Shown in pieces: positions 44,943 through 55,166 of a stretch of 64,000 bases of DNA. How positions within the stretch are numbered: position 1 is the stretch's first letter; every line of letters starts with the position of its first letter. Source of the stretch: Verrucomicrobiaceae bacterium (lineage in GTDB: Bacteria > Pseudomonadota > Gammaproteobacteria > Pseudomonadales > CAMLJR01); assembly GCA_028293825.1 (NCBI GenBank), contig JAQGNY010000017.1, forward strand, positions 18,505 through 82,504, written 5' to 3'. The notes beneath the pieces are model-generated. The model made no database searches and had not been told where the DNA came from. It saw only the letters and a list, made by a program, of their open reading frames with translations. The translations under genes and the position numbers were made by a program.

Positions 44943-46146
44943 GTGGATAGATACTAAACAGCTGCGCTTGGGCATGTTCGTTTGCGAGCTGGGCGGATCG
45001 TGGGTTGATCATCCGTTCTGGCGCAATAAATTCCTGTTGAAAACTCGAGAAGAACTGGCGTTGATTCGCGATGCCGGCATTGCGCGCGTGCGCATCGATA
45101 TTGGCAAAGGATTGGACATAGTTGCCGTTGCGCCGGCCGCAGCCGTTGTCGCGGTGCCAACACCTGAACCGGCAAAGACAGCCGTTGCACAAGTTCGCAT
45201 GGACGAAGAGCTAGCGCGCGCCGCGCGTATCTGCACGCGCGGCAAAGAAGCCGTGATGTCGATGTTTCAGGAAGTGCGCATGGGCAATGCGATCGATGTG
45301 GTCGATATTGCTCCGCTGGTCGAAGAGATAGCGTCGTCGATGGCGCGGCATCCGCATGCGCTGTTGAGCCTGGCGCGCTTAAAGACACAGGACGATTACA
45401 CCTATCTGCATTCGGTGGCGGTGTGTGCGCTGATGATTGCATTGGCGCGCCAGCTGCAATTGGACGATGCGCTGACGCGCAGTGCCGGTTTGGCCGGTTT
45501 GCTGCACGACATGGGCAAGGCGACTTCGCCGCTCGAAATTCTCAACAAGCCCGGCAAACTCACCGAGGCCGAATTTGCGGTGATGCGACAACATCCCGAA
45601 GCCGGCCACGCGATGTTGTTGGAAGCGCGCGGCACTGATTCGATCGCGCTCGACGTGTGTTTACATCACCACGAAAAAATCGACGGCAGCGGTTATCCGC
45701 ATCGCCTGAGCGGCGATCAAATTAGCCTGTTCGCCAAGATGGGGGCGGTGTGCGATGTCTATGACGCGGTGACATCGGAGCGTCCGTACAACAAGGGTTG
45801 GGACCCGTCCGAGGCATTGCGGCGCATGGCGGAATGGCGCGGCCATTTTGATCCGGCGATTTTTCAGGCTTTTGTAAAGAGTCTCGGTATTTATCCGATC
45901 GGTTCGCTGGTGCGGCTTGAATCGGGTCGCCTTGCCGTGGTGATTGAGCAGGGCAAAAAATCGCTGACCACGCCAATCGTGAAAGTGTTTTTTTCGACGA
46001 AGGCGAAATGTCATTTGATGCCGAAATTGCTCGACCTTTCCAAATCCAACTGCGACGACAAAATCGTTGCGCGCGAATCCGCCGAAACCTGGGGGCTGGT
46101 TAATCTCGACGAGCTGTGGGGCGGTGTCACGCCAGCCGCAACGTAA
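44935..46146 (+). CDS. HD-GYP domain c-di-GMP phosphodiesterase (DUF3391 N-terminal domain)
   Basis: The N-terminus is MLKWIDTKQLRLGMFVCELGGSWVDHPFW. The HD-GYP core is HSVAVCALM...GLLHDMGK...HHHEKIDGSGYPHRL. Confidence 0.9.
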   Translation: MLKWIDTKQLRLGMFVCELGGSWVDHPFWRNKFLLKTREELALIRDAGIARVRIDIGKGLDIVAVAPAAAVVAVPTPEPAKTAVAQVRMDEELARAARICTRGKEAVMSMFQEVRMGNAIDVVDIAPLVEEIASSMARHPHALLSLARLKTQDDYTYLHSVAVCALMIALARQLQLDDALTRSAGLAGLLHDMGKATSPLEILNKPGKLTEAEFAVMRQHPEAGHAMLLEARGTDSIALDVCLHHHEKIDGSGYPHRLSGDQISLFAKMGAVCDVYDAVTSERPYNKGWDPSEALRRMAEWRGHFDPAIFQAFVKSLGIYPIGSLVRLESGRLAVVIEQGKKSLTTPIVKVFFSTKAKCHLMPKLLDLSKSNCDDKIVARESAETWGLVNLDELWGGVTPAAT

Positions 46147-46226
46147 TCGATTTATTGTCCGCCGCTATTTTTGAAAAAAAGGATTTCACTCAATAGGATT
46201 TTTTTCTTTAATTTGAGGATTAATTG

Positions 46227-48137
46227 ATGAACGCGTTGTTTGCTCCTGCTGTTGCGTTAATGGGGCGTCTTAAGATCTCGGTTAAATTCGGTTTGGTCAG
46301 TCTCATCTTTTTGCTGCCGTTGGTGCTTACCGAAACACTGCTGGTCAGCAATATTCAAACACAAATTGCGTTCACCAAAAAAGAACGTCTCGGCATCGAA
46401 TACATCGTCGCGACAGAGAAATTACTAAAAGATATTCAGCAGCATCGCGGCATGGTCAGCGCATTGCGCAACGGCGACAATTCATTTCAGCAAAAAATAA
46501 ATGCAAAGCAAGGCGACATCGGCGCCGATCTGGAATCAATCACGATCATCGATCAAAAACACAGTGTGGAGCTGAAATCGACAGAACGCTGGCAAGCCGT
46601 GGTCGATAATTGGAAGACGCTTAAGCAGAGCCTCGATACATTAAATACGTCGCAAAATTTTGATCGACACACCGCATTAGTCACGGCGATTATCGATCAC
46701 ATGAGCTATATCGGTGATGAATCGAATCTGACGCTCGATACTGACATCGACAGTTACTACCTGATGGATACCTTCGTTAATAAGTTGCCGCTGTTAACCG
46801 AGACGATGGGGCAGACGCGCGGTTTTGGTGTTGGCGTAATTACGCGCAAACAGATACAACCGCACGAAAAAGCGCATTTGCAGCTGCTCGCCGCGCAGGC
46901 GCGCGAAGCATTAAATGCGGCGCGTAAAAATATCGGTACCGCATTCCGCGAAAACGCATCGTTGAAGGATTCGCTCGAAGCGCCTTTGCAAACGTTGCAG
47001 CTCTCTGATCAATTTTTGACGCTGGTCAACGAGGGCGTGATCGATGCGGCGTCGATTGCGGTGACTCCTTCGGATTATTTCGCACTGGCCAGTCGCGCCA
47101 TCGACAACACGTTTGCATTGAATGATGTTGTAGCGGTGCAGCTCGATAATTTATTGCAGCTGCGCATCGCAAAAATAGCGACAGAGCGCAATCAGGTATT
47201 CGCCGTTAGCGCGGTCGCATTACTGCTTGCGGTGTATTTGCTGCTCGGATTTTTTATCTCGGTCAAGAAAACTGTCAGTGTGTTGACCAGTGCCGTTAGC
47301 GCTGTTGCCGCGGGCGATTTATCGGGTAAGGTTCAGGTCGTCAGCAGGGACGAAATCGGCGCCATAGCGACGGTGTTAGATGGAATGGTCGGGCAGCTCT
47401 CAACCGTAATCGGCGATGTACGCTCTGCATCCGATGCGCTCGCCAGTGCGTCGGAAGAAGTTAGCGCCACTGCACAATCTCTGGCGCAGGCATCGAGCGA
47501 ACAAGCGTCTGGCGTTGACGATACCAGTGCTTCCATCGAGCAAATGACGGCGTCGATTGCGCAAACCAGCGAGAACGCGAAAGTGACCGACGATATTGCC
47601 GCCAAAGCGTCGTCGGAAGCGGAAGAAAGTCGCGAAGCAATGACTGCGATGATTAATGCGATGCACCAAATCACGCAGAAAATCAGCATTATCGATGACA
47701 TCGCCTACCAAACTAATTTGCTCGCGCTCAATGCGGCAATCGAAGCGGCGCGCGCCGGTACGCACGGTCGTGGTTTTGCCATCGTTGCAGCGGAGGTGAG
47801 AAAACTCGCCGAGCGCAGCCAAGCCGCCGCGCAGAATATCGAACAGGTCGCCAGCGCCAGCACTGAAATAGCCGAGAGAGCAAGTCAGTTGCTGTACGCG
47901 ATGGTGCCCAACATTCGCAAAACATCGGATCTGATACAGGAAATAAACGCCGCCGCGCAGGAACAATCGAGCGGCGCCAACCAAATTAATTCGGCGATTT
48001 TCCAAGTGCGCCAAACCACCCAATCCAATGCGGCTGCGTCCGAACAGTTAGCTGCAACGGCGGAAGAAATGAGCGGGCAGGCGCAATCGCTGCGTCAAGT
48101 GATGGAGCGTTTCAAAACCAAGGGCGAAGTTGCTTAA
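46227..48137 (+). CDS. Methyl-accepting chemotaxis protein (possibly NIT-type sensor domain)
   Basis: GAGGA lies 8 nt upstream of the ATG at 46227. The sensor region has a [23 protein letters not shown] segment, which is NIT-like by recollection. A HAMP domain and the signalling hairpin [40 protein letters not shown] follow. Confidence 0.9.
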   Translation: MNALFAPAVALMGRLKISVKFGLVSLIFLLPLVLTETLLVSNIQTQIAFTKKERLGIEYIVATEKLLKDIQQHRGMVSALRNGDNSFQQKINAKQGDIGADLESITIIDQKHSVELKSTERWQAVVDNWKTLKQSLDTLNTSQNFDRHTALVTAIIDHMSYIGDESNLTLDTDIDSYYLMDTFVNKLPLLTETMGQTRGFGVGVITRKQIQPHEKAHLQLLAAQAREALNAARKNIGTAFRENASLKDSLEAPLQTLQLSDQFLTLVNEGVIDAASIAVTPSDYFALASRAIDNTFALNDVVAVQLDNLLQLRIAKIATERNQVFAVSAVALLLAVYLLLGFFISVKKTVSVLTSAVSAVAAGDLSGKVQVVSRDEIGAIATVLDGMVGQLSTVIGDVRSASDALASASEEVSATAQSLAQASSEQASGVDDTSASIEQMTASIAQTSENAKVTDDIAAKASSEAEESREAMTAMINAMHQITQKISIIDDIAYQTNLLALNAAIEAARAGTHGRGFAIVAAEVRKLAERSQAAAQNIEQVASASTEIAERASQLLYAMVPNIRKTSDLIQEINAAAQEQSSGANQINSAIFQVRQTTQSNAAASEQLAATAEEMSGQAQSLRQVMERFKTKGEVA

Positions 48138-48165
48138 AGGCAATAAAAAAACATTTAATTGTCGA

Positions 48166-48201
48166 TGCCGAGGGTGCAAAAGCAGTCTCGGCATTTTTTT
48201 G
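48166..48201 (+). terminator. Rho-independent terminator after the MCP gene
   Basis: ATGCCGAG-(14-nt loop)-CTCGGCAT is followed by TTTTTTT. Confidence 0.75.
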
Positions 48202-48297
48202 AATTTAAATCGTGTCGGATTAATTTTTACAGCGTCGCGTTGAAATTATTTGAGGCGAATTTATAACGCGCGAATAAAACTATCGCGCATCGTAAAT

Positions 48298-48837
48298 TTA
48301 TTTAATCCGACTTTTCCCCAGTTTGCGCGCGAGCGTGCGGCGGTGCATGCCGAGTCGGCGGGCGGCTTCGGAGATATTGAAATTCGATGCCGCCAACACT
48401 TCGTGGATGTGTTCCCACTCCAGCGTTTTTATCGAGGTTTGGCGTTCGGTGAGTTCGACGGTGGTATCGCCGGCGGCGCGTTCGAACGCGGCTTCGATAT
48501 CGTCGGTGTTGGACGGTTTGGCGAGGTAATGGCAGGCGCCGAGTTTGATTGCTTCGACGGCTGTGGCGATGCTGGCGTAGCCGGTGAGCACAACGATCAG
48601 CATATCGGCGTCGTGCGCGTGCAGGGCTTTTACGCATTCCAGACCGGAGTCGCCGCCGCTGAGTTTTAAATCGACAACGGCATTACTCGGCGAATTTTCC
48701 TTTAGCAGCGCCTGCGCTTCTTCGAGGTTGGTCGCGGTGTGGACGATGTAACCGCGGCGTTCGAACGAGCGCGTCAGCGTGCGTGCGAAAACTTTATCGT
48801 CCTCGACAATCAATAAGTGCCGCGCTTCAGAACTCAT
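48298..48837 (-). CDS. regA: Redox response regulator, RegA/PrrA/ActR/RoxR family
   Basis: The receiver domain is LLIVEDDKVFARTL...VVDLKL. The C-terminal Fis-type HTH is TLEWEHIHEVLAASNFNISEAARRLGMHRRTLARKL. Its start overlaps the kinase stop (ATGAGTTCTGA). Confidence 0.85.
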   Translation of the reverse strand: MSSEARHLLIVEDDKVFARTLTRSFERRGYIVHTATNLEEAQALLKENSPSNAVVDLKLSGGDSGLECVKALHAHDADMLIVVLTGYASIATAVEAIKLGACHYLAKPSNTDDIEAAFERAAGDTTVELTERQTSIKTLEWEHIHEVLAASNFNISEAARRLGMHRRTLARKLGKSRIK

Positions 48838-50101
48838 CGTCTTCTTCCTGTTCTTCTTCCAACATCAGCGATGTCAGCGGCAACGTCATGGTGACGATCG
48901 CGCCATGCGGCTGGCGATTTTCCGCCGCGATATTGCCACCGAGCGTGCGCGCGACATTGAGCGCCAGAAATAATCCCAGGCCGCCGCCGGGTCGGCCCTT
49001 GCTCGATTGATACGGGCGTCCGAATTGCGCCAGCATCGCCGGCGCGAAACCGGGGCCGTTGTCGCAAACGCGCAGAATCAGATCGTCCTCATCGCGCCGT
49101 GCTTCCAGCGTGAGCCAATTCGGCGATGCTTCCAGCGCATTGTCGAGCACGTTGCAGATCATCTGCTTCAGACCTTCGTCGGAAACGATGGTTGAGTCGT
49201 CGTCGAAACCTTTGATGTATTCGAAAGCGCGCACCGGTCGCGTTGTCCGCCAGTTTGCGACCAGATCGTCGAGGAAAGTGGCGACCGTGGTCTGCGTTGG
49301 CGATTCGGCGCGCATTTCGCCGGCGGACAATAAGATGCCGCTGACGATGGTTTTGCAGCGGTTGAGCTGGGTTTGGATATCGGCGAATTCCTCGAGCATT
49401 TCCGCGTTGGCGCTGAATTCGGGCATGTGGCGCCAGTCACCGAGAATCACCGAAATCGTCGCCAGCGGCGTGCCGAGTTCGTGTGCGGCGCCGGAGGCGA
49501 GCAGGCCCATGCGCACGATGTGTTCTTCTTCGGCCGCGCGCTGGCGCAGCAGTGCGAGGCGGTCATCGCGGGCGCGCAGAATGCGGCTGATGCGATTGAT
49601 AAAGACAACCACCAGCGCCGCGTTCAACACGAAGCAGAGCAGTAAGCCTTGCGCGTAATGCGCCGCTGGAATGGTTACCGGGCCGGCCCAAATAGTCAGC
49701 GCGATAACGCAGGCGCCGGTGATGCCGGCGACGCTCCAGCTCGCCCACGGTTGCAACAGGACCGCGCCCAATACGACTTGCAGCAGGAATAAAAAGACGA
49801 ACGGATTGGCCGCGCCGCCGCTGAAATACAGCTGCGCCGTGAGCGTGAAGACATCGACCAGCAGCGCGCCGAATAACGCGTTGTCGGCAACTTCCTCGCG
49901 ATTGCGCCAGCGCCACATGCTGACCAGATTGAATGCGATCAGCAATGCCAGGACGACCGCCATCATCGGCAGCGGCAGCGCGATGCCGAATACGAAATGG
50001 ACGAACACAATCGTCGCGATCTGACCGAACACCGCTATCCAGCGCAACTGGACCAGCGGATGCATTTTGGTGACACCGATATTGAAGAGGGGCGCGATCA
50101 T
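48827..50101 (-). CDS. regB: Redox sensor histidine kinase, RegB/PrrB/ActS/RoxS family
   Basis: The N-terminal half is polytopic and carries the quinone-site heptapeptide GGAANPF (GGxxNPF, 49799-49819). The H-box is AAHELGTPLATISV, followed by LNRCKTIV (a RegB 'redox-box' Cys-like position). I trimmed the ORF to the ATG at 50101 so that it does not overlap SURF1. Confidence 0.8.
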   Translation of the reverse strand: MIAPLFNIGVTKMHPLVQLRWIAVFGQIATIVFVHFVFGIALPLPMMAVVLALLIAFNLVSMWRWRNREEVADNALFGALLVDVFTLTAQLYFSGGAANPFVFLFLLQVVLGAVLLQPWASWSVAGITGACVIALTIWAGPVTIPAAHYAQGLLLCFVLNAALVVVFINRISRILRARDDRLALLRQRAAEEEHIVRMGLLASGAAHELGTPLATISVILGDWRHMPEFSANAEMLEEFADIQTQLNRCKTIVSGILLSAGEMRAESPTQTTVATFLDDLVANWRTTRPVRAFEYIKGFDDDSTIVSDEGLKQMICNVLDNALEASPNWLTLEARRDEDDLILRVCDNGPGFAPAMLAQFGRPYQSSKGRPGGGLGLFLALNVARTLGGNIAAENRQPHGAIVTMTLPLTSLMLEEEQEEDDEF

Positions 50102-50117
50102 CGAGGATGCGGCGTCC

Positions 50118-50912
50118 TTATAAGAGCGGGCGGTGGGTTCGTCCCGAGTGTGCGGAGTTTGGGTCAGGATCGCCACGGCGCAACCGATACTCCTGCCGCG
50201 CCACGCGCCAGCCGCCGTAACCGACCATCGCGGCCAGCGCAAACCAGGTTAGCGCATAGCCTAAATGATTATTGGAAAAATGCGTCACGGTTAAGCCCGC
50301 GCGCGGCCATGTAGATTCGGCTTCAATCGCACTGCGATCCGCATCGACAAAATAGGGTGCGACCATTTGCAGTCCGCGCGCGCCGGCGATGGCTTGCACA
50401 TCGCGCGAATACCAGCGCGCTGCGGCTGGATCGTTGTGGCGCAGGAAAGCGCCGTTCGGTTCGGATAAACGCAGCAGGCCGGCCACTTCGGTTGGCGCGC
50501 TGGAAACGGTATCGCCATTCCAATCGATCGGCGCGAAGCCGCGATTGATCAAGACGACATAGCCGTCGTCGGTTTGAAACGGAGAGAGAATCCAAAAGCC
50601 GGCACCGAGCGCGGTCAACGCTTGCACGCGGGTGTCGCGGTCGGGCAGGAAGTGGCCGCTGAGGCGGACGTGTTTGTATTCATCCTGAGCGGCATTGATA
50701 GCCGGCCAGCGCTCCGGCTCAGGAATATCGGTAGGCGCTGCGGCGATGCGTGATTCGACGCGCTCGATCAGATCGAGCTTCCAGGTGCGACGTTCGATTT
50801 GCCAGGTGCCGAGTGCGGTAAGGCCAATAAAGACGAGCGAAAACAGCAGCGCCAGAGCAATTAACCAGCCCGTGCCGCGCGGCTGTTCAGCATCGCGGCG
50901 GGCGCTGGTCAC
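50118..50912 (-). CDS. SURF1-family oxidase assembly protein
   Basis: The sequence is WLIALALLFSLVFIGLTALGTWQIERRTWKLDLIERVESRI...GFWILSPFQTDDGYVVLINRGFAP. The GTG start overlaps the cyoD stop (GTGA). Confidence 0.85.
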   Translation of the reverse strand: MTSARRDAEQPRGTGWLIALALLFSLVFIGLTALGTWQIERRTWKLDLIERVESRIAAAPTDIPEPERWPAINAAQDEYKHVRLSGHFLPDRDTRVQALTALGAGFWILSPFQTDDGYVVLINRGFAPIDWNGDTVSSAPTEVAGLLRLSEPNGAFLRHNDPAAARWYSRDVQAIAGARGLQMVAPYFVDADRSAIEAESTWPRAGLTVTHFSNNHLGYALTWFALAAMVGYGGWRVARQEYRLRRGDPDPNSAHSGRTHRPLL

Positions 50913-51283
50913 GGCATATTGCTCATATCGTGCGCGGACATCGGCATCATGTTGGTGTTGAGGTGATTCATCACCCAGAGCGAGCCGGCCAGCATGATGA
51001 CGAGCAGCACCACGGTGAAAATCAGCGCTAGCATGGTCCAGCCGCCCTCCGATTTGGAGTTCATATGCAGGAAGAAAATCATGTGCACGACGATCTGCAC
51101 GGCGGCGATGGAGAGCACCACGAAGACGGTCATCGCCGAGCTGGAAATGACTTTTTCCATGACCAGCCAGAACGGGATCGCAGTCAAAATCACCGACAGC
51201 ACGAAGCCGATCACATAGCCCTGCATGCTGCCGTGCGCATCGTCGTGATGGTCGTGCGAATGGTCGTGGGCGGGCTGGCTCAT
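50909..51283 (-). CDS. cyoD: Cytochrome o ubiquinol oxidase subunit IV
   Basis: I trimmed the ORF to [41 protein letters not shown].... It has three TM helices, and its ATG overlaps the cyoC stop (ATGA). Confidence 0.9.
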   Translation of the reverse strand: MSQPAHDHSHDHHDDAHGSMQGYVIGFVLSVILTAIPFWLVMEKVISSSAMTVFVVLSIAAVQIVVHMIFFLHMNSKSEGGWTMLALIFTVVLLVIMLAGSLWVMNHLNTNMMPMSAHDMSNMP

Positions 51284-51915
51284 GGCAGAACTCCCATCAG
51301 GTAAACGAAGGTGAAGACGCCAATCCAGATCACGTCGAGGAAGTGCCAGAACATCGATAGGCACATCAAGCGGCGCTGATTTTCCGCGGTCAAGCCGAAC
51401 TTGCCGACCTGCGCCATCAGCGTCACCAGCCACACAATGCCGAACGTCACGTGCAGGCCATGCGTGCCGACCAGCGCGAAGAATGACGACAGAAATGCGC
51501 TGCGCTGCGGTCCGGCGCCCTCGTGAATCAGATGGTGGAATTCATACAGCTCCAGCCCGACGAAGGCCATGCCGAATAGACCGGTGATCGCCAGCCAGAA
51601 CTGCACCGGCGCGACGCGGCGCTTTTGCATTGCGATCATGGCGAAGCCGTAAGTGATCGACGACAGCAGCAGCATCGAGGTGTTGACCGCGACCAATTTC
51701 AGATCGAACAGATCGGCGCCGGTCGGACCGGCCGCGTAACTGTGACCGAGCACGCCGTACACCGCGAACAGGCTGGCGAAGATGAGGCAATCGCTCATCA
51801 GATACAGCCAGAAGCCCAGCAGCGTGCCGTTTTCGGGATGATGGTCGCCGGATGCGTCGTGGAAAATCGGGTTTCCGGCGGCGTCGGTGCTTACAAAAGC
51901 AGTAGCGTCAGACAT
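51280..51915 (-). CDS. cyoC: Cytochrome o ubiquinol oxidase subunit III
   Basis: I trimmed the ORF to [10 protein letters not shown].... The sequence shows [18 protein letters not shown]...ELYEFHHLI...[15 protein letters not shown]. Its start overlaps the cyoB end by 8 nt. Confidence 0.9.
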   Translation of the reverse strand: MSDATAFVSTDAAGNPIFHDASGDHHPENGTLLGFWLYLMSDCLIFASLFAVYGVLGHSYAAGPTGADLFDLKLVAVNTSMLLLSSITYGFAMIAMQKRRVAPVQFWLAITGLFGMAFVGLELYEFHHLIHEGAGPQRSAFLSSFFALVGTHGLHVTFGIVWLVTLMAQVGKFGLTAENQRRLMCLSMFWHFLDVIWIGVFTFVYLMGVLP

Positions 51916-53914
51916 GAACGGCAGCCAATTGTTGAGTGCGGGTTTCCTCGGTGCGAACAACTTCGTCCGCAGGGATGTGGAAATCGCGCTTGTAGTTGAA
52001 GGTATGCACGATGGCGGCGACCAACACGGCAGCGAATGACAGGCCGACCAGCAGCCACATATGCCAGATCAACGCGAAGCCGCACACCGAACTGAGACCG
52101 GCCAGCACGATGCCGGCGGCAGTATTTTTCGGCATATGGATCGGCTTGAAGCCCTGCAGCGGGCGCTCATAGCCGCGCTGTTTCATGTCGTGCCAGGCGT
52201 CGTTGTCGTGCACGATCGGCGTGAACGCGAAGTTGTAGGCCGGCGGCGGCGACGAGGTCGACCACTCCAGTGTGCGGCCGCCCCATGGGTCGCCGCTTTC
52301 ATCGCGCAACGCATGGCGGTCGCGAATGCTGACGTAGAACTGGATCAGCATGCAGACGATGCCGATGGCAATCAGCACCGCGCCAAAGGCGGCGATTTGA
52401 AACCAGATCTGCAACGATGAGTCCTGGAAGTGGCTGACGCGACGGGTGACGCCCATCAGGCCGAGCACATACAGCGGTGTAAATGCGACCCAGAAGCCGA
52501 TCAGCCAGAACCAGAACGAGCGCTTGCCCCAGACCGGATCGAGACGGAAACCGAATGCTTTCGGGAACCAATAATTGATGCCAGCCATCAGACCGAACAC
52601 GACGCCACCGATGATCACATTGTGAAAGTGCGCGATCAGAAATAGGCTGTTGTGCAGCACGAAATCAGCGGGCGGAACTGCAAGCAAGACGCCGGTCATG
52701 CCGCCGATCACGAAGGTGATCATAAAGCCGACCGTCCACAGCATCGGGACGTCGAAGCGGATGCGACCGTGATACATCGTGAACAGCCAGTTGAAGATCT
52801 TGGCCCCGGTCGGAATTGAGATAATCATCGTGGTGATGCCAAAGAACGAGTTCACGCTGGCGCCGGAGCCCATCGTAAAGAAGTGATGCAGCCACACCAA
52901 ATACGACAGAATCGTGATTACTACTGTCGCGTAAACCATTGATGCGTATCCGAACAGGCGCTTGCTGCTGAAGGTGGAAACTACTTCAGAGAAGATGCCG
53001 AATACCGGCAGAATCAGAATGTAAACTTCGGGGTGGCCCCAGATCCAAATCAGGTTCACGTACATCATGGCGTTGCCGCCAAGATCGTTGGTGAAGAAGT
53101 TGGTGCCGGTGTAACGGTCCAGCGCCAGCAGTGCGAGCACGGCGGTCAGCACCGGAAACGCAGCGACGATCAGGACGTTGGTGCACAGCGAGGTCCAGGT
53201 GAAGATCGGCATCTTCATCATGGTCATGCCGGGCGCACGCATCTTGACGATGGTGGCGATCAGGTTGATGCCCGACAGCAAGGTGCCGATGCCGGCGATC
53301 TGCAAGGACCAGATGTAATAGTCGACGCCGACACCCGGACTGTAGGCAATACCCGACAGCGGCGGGTACGCCAGCCAGCCGGTCTTGGCGAATTCGCCCA
53401 TGAACAGCGACATCATCACCAGCACCGCGCCGCTGGTGGTCATCCAGAAACTGAAGTTATTCAGGAACGGAAACGCCACGTCACGCGCGCCGATTTGCAG
53501 CGGCACCACGTAGTTCATGAAGCCCGTCACCAGCGGCATCGCGACGAAAAAAATCATGATCACGCCGTGCGCGGTGAAGATTTGGTCGTAGTGCTCGGGC
53601 GGCAGATAACCGACGTTATCGCCGAACGCCATCGCCTGTTGCAGGCGCATCATGATGGCGTCGGTAAAGCCGCGCAGCAGCATCACCAGACCGAGCACGA
53701 TGTACATGATGCCGATCTTTTTGTGGTCGATGCTGGTGAACCACTCGCGCCACAAATAGCCCCAGAGTTTGTACTTGGTCACCGCGCCGACCACGACGCC
53801 GCCGACCAGTGCCACGACGACGAAGGTCCACAGCAGAATCGGTTCGTGGAAGGGAATTGCTTCCCAGGTCAGCCGGCCGAAGATCAGTTTGGCGAGGTCG
53901 GATGGTTCAGACAT
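51908..53914 (-). CDS. cyoB: Cytochrome o ubiquinol oxidase subunit I
   Basis: The protein is 668 aa. It has the heme-copper oxidase signature [17 protein letters not shown] and HFHNVIIGG. Confidence 0.95.
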   Translation of the reverse strand: MSEPSDLAKLIFGRLTWEAIPFHEPILLWTFVVVALVGGVVVGAVTKYKLWGYLWREWFTSIDHKKIGIMYIVLGLVMLLRGFTDAIMMRLQQAMAFGDNVGYLPPEHYDQIFTAHGVIMIFFVAMPLVTGFMNYVVPLQIGARDVAFPFLNNFSFWMTTSGAVLVMMSLFMGEFAKTGWLAYPPLSGIAYSPGVGVDYYIWSLQIAGIGTLLSGINLIATIVKMRAPGMTMMKMPIFTWTSLCTNVLIVAAFPVLTAVLALLALDRYTGTNFFTNDLGGNAMMYVNLIWIWGHPEVYILILPVFGIFSEVVSTFSSKRLFGYASMVYATVVITILSYLVWLHHFFTMGSGASVNSFFGITTMIISIPTGAKIFNWLFTMYHGRIRFDVPMLWTVGFMITFVIGGMTGVLLAVPPADFVLHNSLFLIAHFHNVIIGGVVFGLMAGINYWFPKAFGFRLDPVWGKRSFWFWLIGFWVAFTPLYVLGLMGVTRRVSHFQDSSLQIWFQIAAFGAVLIAIGIVCMLIQFYVSIRDRHALRDESGDPWGGRTLEWSTSSPPPAYNFAFTPIVHDNDAWHDMKQRGYERPLQGFKPIHMPKNTAAGIVLAGLSSVCGFALIWHMWLLVGLSFAAVLVAAIVHTFNYKRDFHIPADEVVRTEETRTQQLAAVHV

Positions 53915-54013
53915 AGTGGCTCCAGCAATGGTTGCTCACGGATTTCACGCGCTGGCGAAATCGTTGCTCTATTCAGTTGGCGGCATCAATGCAGTGTTAA
54001 CAGCAGTGCCGCG

Positions 54014-55006
54014 CTAGTGGTGATGGTGTTCCGGCGGCGCGGTGTCATAGGCGTGCTCATTACCTTCGCCATGCTCCGCGTGTTTAGGTCCCTTGCCGCC
54101 GGCATCGATTGCCATCATTTCGTTCATGCACATCTTGCTGGTGTCGACGCAGCGATTAAGGATGGCCTTGTACAAATCCGGCGCGACGCTGGCGTAATGC
54201 TTAACTGCTTCGTTCGAGCTGGGTTGTTCGAGCTGCAGGTAATCGGCGCGGCTCAGCGTGTTGCCATCGGCCCGGCTTTTTGCCACCCAGGCGTCGAAGT
54301 CGGCGTCGCTCAGACCGTGAAAACGAAAGCGCATGCCCGAAAAGCCCGCGCCGCTGTAGTTCGCGGAAAAACCTTCGTAATCGCCGGCCGTATTCATCAC
54401 CGCATGCAGTTGGGTTTCCATGCCGGGCATCGCATAAATCTGGCCGGCGAGGGCGGGGATATAGAACGAGTTCATCACCGTCGACGCGGTAATCTTGAAT
54501 TGAATCGGTCGATCGACCGGCGCAGCGATTTCGTTGATGGTCGCGATATTTTGCTCGGGATAAAGAAACAGCCACTTCCAATCGAGCGCGACGACTTCGA
54601 TAACCAGCGGCTTGACGCCTTCCGGCACCGGCTTGTTGGCGGCGATGCGATCGAGCGGGCGGTACGGGTCGAGCGTGTGCGTGCTGATCCACGTCATCGC
54701 ACCGAGCGCAATAATGATTACCAGCGGCGCGGCCCAAATGATCAGTTCGAGCTGAGTCGAGTGATCCCAGTCCGGCTTATAAATAGCCTCGCGATTCGAG
54801 GCCCGATAGCGCCATGCGAATAGCAGAGTCAACGCGATCACCGGCACGATGATCAGCAGCATCAAGAAGGTCGAATCGACAATCAGCTTGCCCTGCTGCG
54901 CGGCGACATCGCCGGGTGCGTTCAACAGAATGGGATTGCAGCCAGCTAATGGCAGGAGCATGCTGCTGAGCAGCCAATGGCGGCAGGAAGTTTTGACAGT
55001 GGTCAT
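54014..55006 (-). CDS. cyoA: Cytochrome o ubiquinol oxidase subunit II (lipoprotein)
   Basis: The lipobox is LPLAGC and there are two TM helices. It has the quinol-oxidase-type FSANYSGAGFSGMRF instead of a CuA Cys/His motif. The C-terminal tail ends in PPEHHHH. Confidence 0.9.
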   Translation of the reverse strand: MTTVKTSCRHWLLSSMLLPLAGCNPILLNAPGDVAAQQGKLIVDSTFLMLLIIVPVIALTLLFAWRYRASNREAIYKPDWDHSTQLELIIWAAPLVIIIALGAMTWISTHTLDPYRPLDRIAANKPVPEGVKPLVIEVVALDWKWLFLYPEQNIATINEIAAPVDRPIQFKITASTVMNSFYIPALAGQIYAMPGMETQLHAVMNTAGDYEGFSANYSGAGFSGMRFRFHGLSDADFDAWVAKSRADGNTLSRADYLQLEQPSSNEAVKHYASVAPDLYKAILNRCVDTSKMCMNEMMAIDAGGKGPKHAEHGEGNEHAYDTAPPEHHHH

Positions 55007-55166
55007 CGCAAAGAACCAGTACGCAAATGAGCGCCGCGAAACTTACGGCATGAATGCACTCTAGTTCGGACAATGTGTGGCGTCGATTGGACGTTTTGTC
55101 CTATGGCTGCAACCACCAAATGGTGCGAATCTAGTCACGTGCCGATCCTTGACGATAGTACACCCC

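Noticed and set aside
47333-48023. Minus-strand ORFs of 122 and 207 aa inside the MCP gene
   Set aside because: They are antisense to the highly conserved MCP signalling hairpin. I see no motifs of their own and no SD.
53033-54823. A 596-aa plus-strand ORF, the longest unexplained ORF in the track
   Set aside because: It lies antisense to cyoB and cyoA, both unmistakable heme-copper oxidase subunits, and even spans their intergenic gap. Its product is an Arg/His/Gly/Asp-rich low-complexity sequence. This is a typical stop-codon-poor antisense frame of GC-biased genes.
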